Shown in pieces: positions 36,298 to 47,454 of a stretch of 64,000 bases of DNA (position 1 is the first letter of the stretch; every line of letters starts with the position of its first letter). The translations under genes were made by a program, and so were the position numbers. The stretch comes from Histomonas meleagridis 2922-C6/04-290x (taxonomy: Eukaryota > Protista > Parabasalia): NCBI GenBank assembly GCA_020184695.1, contig JAANOX010000061.1, forward strand, positions 496,001 to 560,000, written 5' to 3'. Below the pieces are notes generated by a model. The model was not told the origin of the DNA. It ran no database searches and saw only the letters and a program-made list of their open reading frames with translations.

Positions 36298-36796
36298 AAT
36301 TGATCAGATCCAGATATCAAAACACAGCTGTCGAACTTACAAGAAATGTATATATAAACTCAATGCCAGAAGTTGCTTATATGAATTTCAACAAAAAACT
36401 ATTGAGGAATTTAGAATTGAAGTTCCCCTTTTTATAAAATATTATTTTGAAATTAAAAAACAAGAATATCCAAAAAATAAATAAATGAATGAATTCACTT
36501 AAAAACATAAAATTCAAGATGATTAGTATAATAGAGAGGTCAACTCTTTTCAAATGAAAACATCTTGTTATATCACAACATTTGTAAAAATAAATTTCTG
36601 ATAATTTCAATTTTATATATATATATATTAATTTTTGGATATTCCAATTTGATAAGCCCCTAATGCAATGTTGATTAAAGTGTTAAGATAAATATCTTAT
36701 ATAATAAGAATTACTTTATTTAGAACTCTTTTTCAAAAACATGATTTAAAATATTCAAAAAGTTGTTATCTGACCAAATGAACAAAAAAGTGACAT

Positions 36797-39031
36797 TTGA
36801 TGGATTTCAACCAAAGAGAAGATCTCAATGGAATTAGGTTTTCATGGAATGTTTGGCCTACCAATCGAATCGATGCTGTAACTTGTAGCGTCCCAATTGG
36901 CTGTCTTTATACACCACTTAAACAAATCCCAGATCGTACTCCTCTTCAATACGAACCAGTTTTATGTCGTAACTGTCGTTGTGTTCTTAATAGTTATTCT
37001 CATGTTGACTTTAACACAAAAGTTTGGACTTGTCCAATTTGTCAAGGACGTAATCCACTTCCACAGTCTTATCACCAAATGACTGAGACGAATTTACCAG
37101 CTGAACTTCATCCTGACTACACAACTGTTGAATATGAACTTCAACGCACTACTGATTCACGTTCACATCCACCCATATTTTTATTTGTTGTTGATACATG
37201 TACCACAGAAAAAGAATTCCAACCACTCAAAGATCTTCTTCTTCAAGTTGTAGCTCTTTTACCATCAGATGCCTATGTTGGTTTTATTACATATGGCAAT
37301 TATGTTTATGTTCATGAACTTAATTTCTCTGAATTTTCACGTTCTTATGTTTTTTCAGGCAACAAAACCTATGAACCATCAGCACTTCAACAAATGTTAA
37401 ATCTTACACGTCAAGTCGAAGATTCCACAAATCCATTTATTATGACTGTTGACAGTGCCGAGCTTATGCTTAACACGGTCATTGAGAAGATGGAACGAGA
37501 TACAAGTAATACTGATCATTCAATTCGTTCACCACGTTGTACCGGCACAGCTCTTCACATTGCCACAACCCTATTAAGCTGTTTATACCCGACCACTGGT
37601 GGACAAATCATATTATTATCATCCGGACCAATCACCAAAGGACCGGGTACTATGGCCACTCCCAAAGTTATTGAGCCAATTCGTCAACATTCTGACATCG
37701 AAAAAGACAAAGCTCCACTTACTACATCCGCTGTTCAATTCTTCACTGAATTAGGCAACAAAGCGTCTGAGTCCAACATTGTCATTAACTATATTCCAGC
37801 GTCATTTGAAGAGACTGGAATTTATGAAATGGAGCCATGTATCCTTAAGACAGGTGGCTGGATGCAATCATGTGAATCATGGACTGATTCTAATATCATT
37901 GAAACTTTTGAGAAGTTCTTTACCACCATCTATGAAGTTGCAGGTAATGATTGTACATTATCTGTTAATTTCACAAAGAACTTTAAGTTATCAGGTTGTA
38001 TTGGCCCATGCTCATCATTAAATCATTCCAATGATATGGTCAGTGAGAAAGTCATTGGTAATGGCGGCACAACAGAATGGAAATTATGTGGATTATTACC
38101 ATCGACTACATTAGCCTTTTTCATCGAAATAGCAGCGTCTAAAGCAGATCCAATACCATCCGGATCCACAGCTTTTATCCAATTTGTCACAAAGTATCGA
38201 CACTTTATGACTGGCACATATCGAATTCGTGTAACTACAGTTGCTATTCGATTTAATGATTTAGCTACTGGTAGTCATTTAATAGCTCAATCATTTGATC
38301 AAGAAGCAGCAACAGTTATCTTAGCTCGTTATGCTATGTGGAAAGTTCGTAATGAAGATCTCGTCGATGTCGTCCATTCACTTGATCGAACATTAATTCG
38401 ATTCTGTCGAAAATTCGGCACATATAACAAAGGCGATCCTACATCATTTTCATTAGGCTCATCGTTCTCAGTCTTTCCACAATTTATGTATCACTTTAGA
38501 AGATCGCCATTCATGTCAACATTTAACTTTTCGCCTGATAACACTACGTCACTTCGACATGCATTACTTACTGAAGATATGACGAACTCATTGTTTATGA
38601 TTCAGCCAACTTTGATGCAATATACTTTAGATAATAGTCCACGCGCTGTCGTCTTGGACGTATCAAACTTACAAAGGAATTGCGTCCTATTGTTGGATAC
38701 TTACTTCAGAGTGTTGGTGTGGCACGGAAAGGACATCGCTGCATGGAGAAACGCAGGATACCAGAACCAGCCCGAGTACGCAAACTTGAAGGCAATCCTC
38801 GAGGAGCCACTTGAAGAAGCAAAGGCGCTGATCAGCGAAAGATTCCCAACGCCGCTGTTGGTGAAATGCGACCAGGACTCCGGGCTAGAAAGATACCTGT
38901 TGGTGAGGTGCGTGCCTTCTTCGTCAAGTTCGTACGACGGAGGATTCAGAGGAGCTGATAGTTTGGGTACAGATGAGCCGTCGTTCGCAAGCTTCTCAAT
39001 GAAGCTGAAGCAGGTCGCGGTTAACGACTAA
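36797..39031 (+). CDS. SEC23: COPII coat protein Sec23
   Basis: MDFNQREDLNGIRFSWNVWP, zinc finger CRNC...WTCPIC, PIFLFVVDT, SFDQEAA, FPQFMYHFRRSPF, LLLDTYF, RFPTP; intact 744 aa. Confidence 0.97.
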   Translation: MMDFNQREDLNGIRFSWNVWPTNRIDAVTCSVPIGCLYTPLKQIPDRTPLQYEPVLCRNCRCVLNSYSHVDFNTKVWTCPICQGRNPLPQSYHQMTETNLPAELHPDYTTVEYELQRTTDSRSHPPIFLFVVDTCTTEKEFQPLKDLLLQVVALLPSDAYVGFITYGNYVYVHELNFSEFSRSYVFSGNKTYEPSALQQMLNLTRQVEDSTNPFIMTVDSAELMLNTVIEKMERDTSNTDHSIRSPRCTGTALHIATTLLSCLYPTTGGQIILLSSGPITKGPGTMATPKVIEPIRQHSDIEKDKAPLTTSAVQFFTELGNKASESNIVINYIPASFEETGIYEMEPCILKTGGWMQSCESWTDSNIIETFEKFFTTIYEVAGNDCTLSVNFTKNFKLSGCIGPCSSLNHSNDMVSEKVIGNGGTTEWKLCGLLPSTTLAFFIEIAASKADPIPSGSTAFIQFVTKYRHFMTGTYRIRVTTVAIRFNDLATGSHLIAQSFDQEAATVILARYAMWKVRNEDLVDVVHSLDRTLIRFCRKFGTYNKGDPTSFSLGSSFSVFPQFMYHFRRSPFMSTFNFSPDNTTSLRHALLTEDMTNSLFMIQPTLMQYTLDNSPRAVVLDVSNLQRNCVLLLDTYFRVLVWHGKDIAAWRNAGYQNQPEYANLKAILEEPLEEAKALISERFPTPLLVKCDQDSGLERYLLVRCVPSSSSSYDGGFRGADSLGTDEPSFASFSMKLKQVAVND

Positions 39032-39032
39032 A
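39029..39032 (+). terminator. Stop-codon-overlapping TAAA polyadenylation signal
   Basis: TAA+A at the Sec23 stop; same at 25940, 26617, 27584, 36295, 42445 and 53939. UAAA overlapping the stop is the described trichomonad signal, though it is frequent by chance in AT-rich DNA. Confidence 0.45.
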
Positions 39033-39060
39033 GAAAACTTTGATATCGAAATTTTATATT

Positions 39061-39593
39061 TTTGAAATGTAAATGCGCCGGAAGAAGGAAATGAAAACGA
39101 TTTGTTTGGAATGTCGATGTGTTTAACTGTTTGAAATGTGAATGAGGAAATGAAAACGATTTGTTTGGAATGTCGAAATGTTTAACTGTTTGAAATGTGA
39201 ATGAGGAAATGAAAACGATTTGTTTGGAATGTCGATGTGTTTAACTGTTTGAAATGTGAATGAGGAAATGAAAACGATTTGTTTGGAATGTCGATGTGTT
39301 TAACTGTTTGAAATGTGAATGAGGAAATGAAAACGATTTGTTTGGAATGTCGATGTGTTTAACTGTTTGAAATGTGAATGAGGAAATGAAAACGATTTGT
39401 TTGGAATGTCGATGTGTTTAACTGTTTGAAATGTGAATGAGGAAATGAAAACGATTTGTTTGGAATGTCGATGTGTTTAACTGTTTGAAATGTGAATGAG
39501 GAAATGAAAACGATTTGTTTGGAATGTCGATGTGTTTATCTGTTTAAAATGTAAATGCGCCAGCAGAAGGAAATGAAAACGCTTTGTTTGGAA
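39061..39593 (+). repeat. 59-bp tandem repeat, 8 full units plus partial flanking units
   Basis: GAAATGAAAACGATTTGTTTGGAATGTCGATGTGTTTAACTGTTTGAAATGTGAATGAG starts at 39088, 39147, 39206 and so on to 39501. Confidence 0.95.
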
Positions 39594-40218
39594 CATGTTC
39601 ACGATGGTATAATAAATTTCCTGTAAAATCTAATGCAAAAACTTTGGATTTTTATAGTTTATGGCTGAATAAGTTTATCTTCTTTGTGGGGAGATTTTGA
39701 TTAAATCCACAAAGCGTAAAAAAGAAGTAATAAATGGTTTTGTTGGTTGTTTTGCTAATAAATAAGTTTGGGAAAATTTTGCAAAATAAACTTATTTTTT
39801 TAATATTTTGCATTAAAAAACATTTTCCATATAATTTAATGTCAAATAATTATGGAACGGATAAATATCGTTAATAATATTTTAGTGTGAAGCAACAATC
39901 TATAGGATTAACAAAAGGAAAAAAATTATTACAATTACATTACTTGAGTAATTACTATTATCAGCTAATTTAAACAAAATTCAGTTTTCGATCAATTAAA
40001 TGGGTTAGACATTCAATAAAATGGTTCTAATGTAAATATTTTAAGTATATATGTAATTACAAAAGGAAGTCATGAAATTATTTATTTATGTAAACATAAT
40101 AGTTCATTATTTGATGGAGAACATGAAGCGATTTCAATTATTTTTGAAACAGTAATATTATTTCTTTATTTCACCAAAATCAATATAAATATGAAGCACC
40201 AAAGTAAAAACAAAGTTA

Positions 40219-41631
40219 TTATAATTTATTAACAAAAATTTGTATACACAAAAGTGGTAACAAAAAAATCAATCCGACAATTAATATTCTTCGAGTTCTT
40301 TTTTGTTCCTCATTTAATGATCTCTTTAATTCGCCGTACTTATTCTGTATATTTATTTGACACATATGAACAACCTCTAAATTTTTTGCTGCATCTTTCA
40401 CCACTAATGATGCGCCGTTTAAATTTTCTTTGTTTTCCCGAACTTTTTGAGCCAAAACCTCTATTCTCCTTTCAATATTCTGAACCTTCTGAAATATTTC
40501 AATGGCCTTTTGGACGGTTTCTTTTCTTCCTTCTTCGATTTCTTCTTTCATCCATTTTATCTTTGATATAGGGTCATTGTTTGACATAATTACATCGTTT
40601 AAGCTTTTGATTATCTTTTCTGTATCGTCGTTGGTGTCTTCTTTGAGTTTGATTAATGGCATTTGTGGAAAATCTGGTTCAATACAATCAGAAATATCGA
40701 TTTCGGCCATTCTAAACAATGGCAATTGTTGCGATTTTGCCATTTTTGCCTTTTCAATTATCTTTGATGCTGTCTTTAAATCACAATTACCGATATTAAA
40801 GTTATTTGAGCGTTGAAACGCATGAACAAAATTAATAATTTGTTGATTTGATTCAATATTTTTGATCGATGAATCAAGAAATTTGATTGCAGAAAAAATA
40901 TACTTGAATAAGCTAAGAAGTGTGAATACGGGGGACGCAGTTTCTTGAAATGATGGAAGAAGTCTTTGAAAGCCTGATGTTTTCATGGAATTTGATATTG
41001 GGGATAAAAGAGAACCAAAGTAAATCGTATCAAACTTTTGTAATTGCCTAATTGCAGAAGATGCTTCGTCAAGACAGAAAAAAAAAGAGGCAAATTTAAC
41101 TCGTTCAAAAATTGTTGAAAATGATTCTTCAAGAGAACCATTTGTTCCATATGTTTGATTGAGAACTGTGATGTACTTTTCGAACTCAAATTTATGTGGT
41201 CGTATAACACTTGGAAGATCTTGTAAAATTCCCAAATGATATAATTTTCCAAGATTGTGATATTTTTCTTTGTTTTCAATCCAATCATTTTCTTTAATAA
41301 TAACTTGAGGTTCATTTCCATTTAGTAAACTAAATGATAATGAAGTCATATAGATTACAATTCCATCATTAGTTTGTTTTGTACTTAAACCATATGAAAA
41401 AAAATCAGGCGGATCTGAGACAAATCGTACTGGAATTCCTTTTGTTGTTTTTTGTGTGTCTTCAATGAAAACTGTGTAAAACGGAAAAAAATTATTATCA
41501 AGACGGTTTGTTAAAAGAGCTAAAGAAAATCCATTGATTTCAATTGGATTCCCTACCTCTTGAGCACCCGAAAATAAAGTAATTCCCCCATTACCCAAAT
41601 GATCAGGTAGAATAAAAATTCCTTCTTGCAT
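40219..41631 (-). CDS. Hypothetical protein with C-terminal coiled coil and transmembrane anchor
   Basis: Intact 470 aa; heptad-rich residues ~360-440; hydrophobic RILIVGLIFLLPLLCIQIFV at the C-terminus. Confidence 0.75.
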   Translation of the reverse strand: MQEGIFILPDHLGNGGITLFSGAQEVGNPIEINGFSLALLTNRLDNNFFPFYTVFIEDTQKTTKGIPVRFVSDPPDFFSYGLSTKQTNDGIVIYMTSLSFSLLNGNEPQVIIKENDWIENKEKYHNLGKLYHLGILQDLPSVIRPHKFEFEKYITVLNQTYGTNGSLEESFSTIFERVKFASFFFCLDEASSAIRQLQKFDTIYFGSLLSPISNSMKTSGFQRLLPSFQETASPVFTLLSLFKYIFSAIKFLDSSIKNIESNQQIINFVHAFQRSNNFNIGNCDLKTASKIIEKAKMAKSQQLPLFRMAEIDISDCIEPDFPQMPLIKLKEDTNDDTEKIIKSLNDVIMSNNDPISKIKWMKEEIEEGRKETVQKAIEIFQKVQNIERRIEVLAQKVRENKENLNGASLVVKDAAKNLEVVHMCQINIQNKYGELKRSLNEEQKRTRRILIVGLIFLLPLLCIQIFVNKL

Positions 41632-41727
41632 GGGAATCCATTTTGGAGTGCCCCAGAAAGATAAAAATTAAGGGCACCCCATTATGTAACCCTCACAAAT
41701 ACGTTATTCGAAATCCGTTATTTATAA

Positions 41728-42447
41728 ATGAGTGGAAAATTGCCTCGTTTTCCCATAACACGTCCGCCAAGATTAGTTCAACCAACACCAGCAAAAAGAC
41801 CACCTGATACAAAGCCTGTGAGAAGACCAAAAAGGAAACTTAGTAAAGTAGCACCAAAAAATGCACATACAGAATTTAGACGTTTTTATGATCGCGGTGA
41901 TATTCCTGTTCGCCTTGTTCATACTACATATAAAAATGCTATAGCTTGGTCAGTAGAACCATCACTTCTGGATTATCAACATTACTTACCTTTATTTGTA
42001 GATGGACTTCGTGAAAAAGAAGAACCATATAAATTCTTTGCACGAAAAGGAACATGGGAACTCCTGAAACAAGGTGGTACACGAGTTTTACAAGTTTTGC
42101 CACAAATAGTCATCCCATTGAAAAAAGCATTAGATACTCGCGACTTAGAAATTCTTCCTGTTGCACTTCGTACAATGCAAAAGATTGTAAAATCATGTGA
42201 TCTAGCAGGGGAAGCACTCATTCCACATTACCGACAGCTTCTTCCTGTGTTAAATGAGTTTATAATGTGCAACAAGAACTTAGGAGACCAAATTGAATAT
42301 GGACAAAGGAAAAGACAAAATATTGGAGACCTCATTAATGAGACATTGGAAGTTTTAGAGCTAAATGGTGGACCTGAAGCATTCATTAACATTCAATATA
42401 TGATTCCAACTTATCAATCTGCGCGTTCACCTGATGACGAAGAATAA
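41728..42447 (+). CDS. PACRG: Parkin co-regulated gene protein (axonemal)
   Basis: FRRFYDRGDIP, LDYQHYLPLFVDGLRE, EALIPHYRQLLP, GGPEAFINIQYMIPTYQS. Confidence 0.95.
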   Translation: MSGKLPRFPITRPPRLVQPTPAKRPPDTKPVRRPKRKLSKVAPKNAHTEFRRFYDRGDIPVRLVHTTYKNAIAWSVEPSLLDYQHYLPLFVDGLREKEEPYKFFARKGTWELLKQGGTRVLQVLPQIVIPLKKALDTRDLEILPVALRTMQKIVKSCDLAGEALIPHYRQLLPVLNEFIMCNKNLGDQIEYGQRKRQNIGDLINETLEVLELNGGPEAFINIQYMIPTYQSARSPDDEE

Positions 42448-43033
42448 ATGTTCTTTTTCATATTAAAGAATGTTTCTTGTTTATAGAGAGAAATAAGAGA
42501 ACAAAACAATTTATTCATTGTAAAGCAAATTTTTGTGTTTGTGTTTGTTTTCTTTGAATGATCTTATGTAAAATTAATTTGTATGGTTATTTCTGGTTTG
42601 AACCATCTTAAAGTATATTAATCATTTTAAATACCAATTTTTATAGTATACTTATAAATAAGGAAAACATTTATTAAATAGAAATATCATTTAATGGAAG
42701 TAATTAATGTATAATTTTTTCTAAATTTCCAAGAATTGGTGATATTTGATTTCAAGCAGATGAAGAAAAAACATTCAAACAAAAAATTGACCATATGAAT
42801 GTATTAGTGTTAGGCAATAAATATCTTTTGACATAAGATCATTATATATATTTTTTCAAGCAGTTCTTCTTAGTTGTATGGAAGCAGACAGTTTTTCATG
42901 GTGTCTTTATAAAGCAAAATTGTTAAACTGAATACATTTTAAAGAATTATAAAAATATATTTTAAAAAATATTATAATATTTATGTACAAATTATATTTT
43001 ATGAATAAACAACAGAGGATATTATTATATTTC

Positions 43034-43582
43034 CTATTCTGTAAGATTCTCTTCTGATGGAGAATCAACAAGCATGAATTTCTGAAATCCTTGAATAATC
43101 ATATCAAAACCTTCTTTCCTTTGAACATTTGCAGCATCTATGTCTTGAATTTCTTGCATGATTTTTGCATTATCGGCTATAGTTTTAGCTGTCTTTGCTT
43201 CATACTCGAAATTTTTCTTATCTTCTAATTTGATTTTCATTTCTATAAGATCGCCTCTTTTTGCTTGCGTTCTTGGAGATGCAATTTCGTCTTTTTCTTG
43301 GTTTAAATATGCTAATTCTTCTTCTAATATTTGAAATTGATTGTCATAATTTTCAAGCTCCTTTTCCCATTTGCCAAAAATATTATCCATTTTGTTAACT
43401 TCATCTGTGAGAATTTTATATTCGATTTCAGCAGAATCAATCATGCATAGCATCTTTGCTTTAAGTTTTTGAAGTTGCTCTGGATCCTTATTTGCTAGCA
43501 TTTCTGAGTAAATTGTGTGCAAATCTTTTGCTGGTCTTAACCGTGAGTTTGCTTTGATGTTAGCTGTTTTTTGCAGGTCCAT
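43034..43582 (-). CDS. Coiled-coil hypothetical protein
   Basis: Intact 182-aa E/K/L-rich ORF. Confidence 0.7.
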   Translation of the reverse strand: MDLQKTANIKANSRLRPAKDLHTIYSEMLANKDPEQLQKLKAKMLCMIDSAEIEYKILTDEVNKMDNIFGKWEKELENYDNQFQILEEELAYLNQEKDEIASPRTQAKRGDLIEMKIKLEDKKNFEYEAKTAKTIADNAKIMQEIQDIDAANVQRKEGFDMIIQGFQKFMLVDSPSEENLTE

Positions 43583-43896
43583 TTGAAGGTTGTGAATTTT
43601 TTAGCAGCACAGTCAACACACCCACACTGCCACTTTTTAGTCTGGCCAGACCACATATTAACGCCAAATGATGCAATTATATTTGCCATAAAATAAACAC
43701 ATGTGTTTATTTTAGCAAGATATATAAAATATTTAGAAAATGTTTAAAGGCTCATGTAAAAGTAAAAAAGGAATTTTATAGAAGAAATATGTTTTTTACA
43801 ATATTGAGTTTTCATTAAATATTTGGGGAAGAAAAAAACTGTTTTATAACACAGGATCTCATTGAAAAAGTTAAATAATCTTATCGTTTTCAGATT

Positions 43897-44517
43897 ATGC
43901 TCAAAGATAGGGTTATTCTTTGTGGGGATTCTAAAACAGGCAAAACTTCTATCTTTAGATATATTAGAGGACTCGAATTCAAAGACTTTTTGCGAACAAC
44001 TCATATTGCAAGTTATTATCCAATCGATCTCACTGACCAAGGTTTTCAATTTAAAATAAACATATGGGATGTAGGTGGGGATCCTCTGATGCGAAATTTG
44101 GCCGAAATATATATGAATAATGTTGATATTGTTATTATCGTTATTGATATAACGAATCATAATTCTTATGATTCGTTACCTTATTGGATCAAACTTGCAA
44201 AAGAAAAATCACCCACATCATTATCGAAAATAATAATTGTAATTAATAAAATTGATAAACGCAAAAAGAAAAAAATTACAGATGAAGAAATAGAAAAAAT
44301 TAAACAAACAGAAGACACAATTGTAACAAGTGTATCTGCTAAGACAGGCGAAGGGGTGAAAGAGCTTTTTGTAACTGTTGGACAGATTCTTGCTGATTTT
44401 CATAAGCTTTTGATACAACACGCGCAAGAAAGTGCAGCCAGAGAAACAGAATCCAATTATGGTGATGACTCTAATAATAATAATGGTGGTGGTGGCGGAT
44501 GTTGTGATATTCAATGA
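43897..44517 (+). CDS. Rab-family small GTPase (divergent)
   Basis: G1 GDSKTGKT, G3 WDVGG, G4 NKID, G5 SAK, C-terminal CC prenylation motif. Confidence 0.9.
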   Translation: MLKDRVILCGDSKTGKTSIFRYIRGLEFKDFLRTTHIASYYPIDLTDQGFQFKINIWDVGGDPLMRNLAEIYMNNVDIVIIVIDITNHNSYDSLPYWIKLAKEKSPTSLSKIIIVINKIDKRKKKKITDEEIEKIKQTEDTIVTSVSAKTGEGVKELFVTVGQILADFHKLLIQHAQESAARETESNYGDDSNNNNGGGGGCCDIQ

Positions 44518-44630
44518 TAATTTATATAAATCGGGTATCATGTTGTTATTCTTTTGTTGTGCATTTCAAATGAAATTATGATTTTATTCGCAGAGAAGAA
44601 AAAAACGAACGTTTTGTGTGAAACTTTTGC

Positions 44631-44638
44631 GACCGTTT
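44631..44638 (+). promoter_or_regulatory. M3-like core promoter motif upstream of Sua5
   Basis: GACCGTTT about 75 nt before ATG 44712 fits the Trichomonas motif-3 consensus. Similar copies at 46946-46953 (-, RPL24) and 47357-47364 (+, kinase). Confidence 0.4.
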
Positions 44639-44711
44639 AATGTTGGTCAGGCGAATTTCGTTCTGAAAATTTGAATGTTTGCAACAAAACCGAAAATTTT
44701 ACAAAACTCCA

Positions 44712-45758
44712 ATGGCCAAAATCATTGGAACATCTGAAGAAGATTTAATTATTGCAGCTAAACAGATTCAAAACGGTGGCCTTGTAGCATTTCCAACAGA
44801 AACAGTTTATGGTTTAGGGGCACACCTTGAAGAAAAATCATTAGCAGAAATTTTTGCAGCAAAACATCGTCCTTATAGTGATCCTTTAATCACTCACTTT
44901 GATACACCAGAGCATGCCAAAAAATATCTTTTACTTACTGATGAAGAGTCAGAAATTTTTGATAAAATCGCAAAAAAGTTTTGGCCTGGTCCACTCACAA
45001 TTGTAGCACCAGCAACATCAGCTGTGCCTCCTTTGGTTATGGCTGGTACTGGTTGTGTAGGAGTTCGTGTTCCTTCTCATCCAATTTGTCATCGATTTCT
45101 TGAGCTTTGTGGCGAACCAGTTGCAGCACCCTCAGCCAACCTTTTTGGGCATGTTTCACCAACCACAGTTGATCATGTTTACAAAGATCTTGGAAATACA
45201 GAAGGATTGTTAATTGTTTCAGGCGGTAAAGCTACTATTGGTATTGAATCTACAGTTATTCGTCTTAAAGGAAAAACAATTACTGTCTTACGACCCGGTT
45301 TTGTTACTGCAGGACAACTTGAAGAGATATCTCCTGGAAATGTTAGTGGAATCACAAACAAAACTATGCAACTTGCATCACCAGGCCACGAGCTTAAACA
45401 TTATTCACCCAACCTTGAAACTGTTTTAGGTTATATTTCCGATGATGAAGATGCAGAAAAAGAAATTCCAAAAGGAACAGTAATCATTGATTTCCATAGG
45501 CAATTTGCACCAATTGCATCAAAGTCAATTAGATATTTTGATCTGTCACCATGCGGATGCGTAGCAGAAGCAATCAACAAAGTATATGACATCCTAAGAG
45601 AGGCCGAAGTAACACCAAATGCAAAGTTTTGCATTATTGCAGATATCAAAAACAGTGGTTTGGAAAATGACCAACATGATCAGGAGTTAGTTGGCTCATT
45701 ACGTGATAGGTTATTACGTGCTGCTTCTCATAGAATTACAAAATATAGAGGAAATTAG
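44712..45758 (+). CDS. SUA5: Threonylcarbamoyl-AMP synthase (YrdC + SUA5 domains)
   Basis: VAFPTETVYGLGA, AKHRPYSDPLITH, FWPGPLT, AAPSANLFG, GIESTV, ASPGHELKHYSP. Confidence 0.95.
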   Translation: MAKIIGTSEEDLIIAAKQIQNGGLVAFPTETVYGLGAHLEEKSLAEIFAAKHRPYSDPLITHFDTPEHAKKYLLLTDEESEIFDKIAKKFWPGPLTIVAPATSAVPPLVMAGTGCVGVRVPSHPICHRFLELCGEPVAAPSANLFGHVSPTTVDHVYKDLGNTEGLLIVSGGKATIGIESTVIRLKGKTITVLRPGFVTAGQLEEISPGNVSGITNKTMQLASPGHELKHYSPNLETVLGYISDDEDAEKEIPKGTVIIDFHRQFAPIASKSIRYFDLSPCGCVAEAINKVYDILREAEVTPNAKFCIIADIKNSGLENDQHDQELVGSLRDRLLRAASHRITKYRGN

Positions 45759-46070
45759 AGCTTCAGTCATGACATGTGATGTGAAAGTTAAAATTAGAAT
45801 TTTCATAAAAGAATTTTTTAATGTAATTTTCCTTATTTCATTGTATAAATCATCTTCGTAATTTTAAAATTTGCAGCAAATTTTTTTTATAAGTTTCACT
45901 TAACCTGCATTTTGATCATTAGTTTCAAAGTTATACATTTGATATCATTTAATATGTTAAATGTAGTGGTAAACAAAATTTAAAAGAGAAATGTAAATGA
46001 ATTTGGAAATATAGTTTACCTAATTTCTTTTTGATCAAAAAATGATTTCTGTTTCAAAATAAAAACTTAT

Positions 46071-46370
46071 TTACTGATCAATAAGAACAACATTTTGTAT
46101 AACAATGAGTGTGTAATCATCTCCTGGAGCAATCATAATTTCGGTTTTGTCAGCACGAATTCTAAGAAACGTGAGATCATCTGTAGGGTCAAGATCACGG
46201 ACCATAAAGCGAGCTCTTTCAACAAGAGGTGGTAATGTTTTGGCATAACGAGATGGATCAACATCCTTAAAAGCACTATGAATTACATTATTTTTACCAT
46301 CCAGAACAAGTGTTCCAATAACGCTTTTATTTCCTTCAATTCTTCTGAGGATCTGATCAACTTCAGACAT
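46071..46370 (-). CDS. Dynein light chain Roadblock/LC7
   Basis: MSEVDQILRRIEGNKSVIG..VRDLDPTDDLTFLRIR..EIMIAPGDDYTLIVIQ. Confidence 0.92.
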   Translation of the reverse strand: MSEVDQILRRIEGNKSVIGTLVLDGKNNVIHSAFKDVDPSRYAKTLPPLVERARFMVRDLDPTDDLTFLRIRADKTEIMIAPGDDYTLIVIQNVVLIDQ

Positions 46371-46534
46371 TTGGTTAGATATAAATAACGTATTATATGT
46401 CACTTTTCAATTCTTAGCTTCTAATTGGAAGCTTACATATCTTTATTAACAAAGGCAATCTTTCCACTCAACAACATCATTATTGAAAAACATTGTTCAA
46501 ATCTCGAAATGAGATATTTATTCATTTATTGAAA

Positions 46535-46879
46535 TTACTTCTTTCCACCTTTCTTAGCTTGTTGTACACGCCTTTTAACACTTGTAGTGGCAATTTTAGC
46601 ATTTGCATCTACTGAAACGCCTGCATATCCACGTGTAACCTTCTTTGATCTTTGAACACGTCCTTTCTTTTCGACTTGATCAGTGTTGGACTTCTTATGA
46701 TCAAAACGGTAATGCTCAGTCCAGCTGATCTTTCTTGGGTTTCTCTTACGTTCCCACATACGGAAAGTTTTTTTAGATTCGAATGCCATCATATGTTTAT
46801 CTTCACGAACATAAATAATTCCATGCCCTGGGTGAAATTGGTGTCCTGAGAATCCGTCAATCTCTGTTCTGTGAGACAT
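46535..46879 (-). CDS. RPL24: 60S ribosomal protein L24e
   Basis: FSGHQFHPGHGIIYVR..KRNPRKISWTEHYR..HKK. Confidence 0.92.
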   Translation of the reverse strand: MSHRTEIDGFSGHQFHPGHGIIYVREDKHMMAFESKKTFRMWERKRNPRKISWTEHYRFDHKKSNTDQVEKKGRVQRSKKVTRGYAGVSVDANAKIATTSVKRRVQQAKKGGKK

Positions 46880-46886
46880 TTTTCAA

Positions 46887-46891
46887 AAAGG
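46887..46891 (-). promoter_or_regulatory. M5-like (CCTTT) initiator element of RPL24
   Basis: CCTTT 8 nt upstream of the ATG. Motif 5 is described for Trichomonas ribosomal-protein promoters. Short motif, so low specificity. Confidence 0.45.
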
Positions 46892-47454
46892 AAGGCCATC
46901 CATTTCAATGGTGACACTTTTCCCATGGATAACACACGGTCCCCTAAACGGTCACTGCCCCAACCCACAGTTCTTTGTCCTATTTTGACCAAATAATCAC
47001 TTGAAAAGTCGAATTTATTTGTTTCAAAAAGTGGTAAATATTTCAAAAAGTCAAGATAAAAACCATCGTTATTCAAGTACCAAAAATTTAACACAAATGA
47101 AAAGTGTAAACGGCGCGGTTCTTGAATCCAACAAAAAAAGAATATCTCTTCCTTCATTTGAAAACAGATTAAAATGTTGAGGAACACTAAATGTACAATT
47201 AGTTTGTTTTTAAGGTATAATACATTTTTGTTTTCCGAGGTTTTCTGGGCCCAAAATTTTCCATTGTTTGAAAAGTGCAAATTTTCGTTTTGTTTGAATT
47301 TAAAAAATGTCATTTGAAATCGACGCAACCCACTTTTTCAGAGTTAAAATTAAAACGACGGTTTCATTTTTATCGCTTATATCAAAATTGACAACAAGTG
47401 TGAAAAAACCGTAAATTCAAGCACAAACAAAGTTTGAGAAAGCAGAGCCAGTAA

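Noticed and set aside
39061-39593. CRISPR array
   Set aside because: Units are contiguous and identical with no unique spacers; eukaryotic context; no cas genes.
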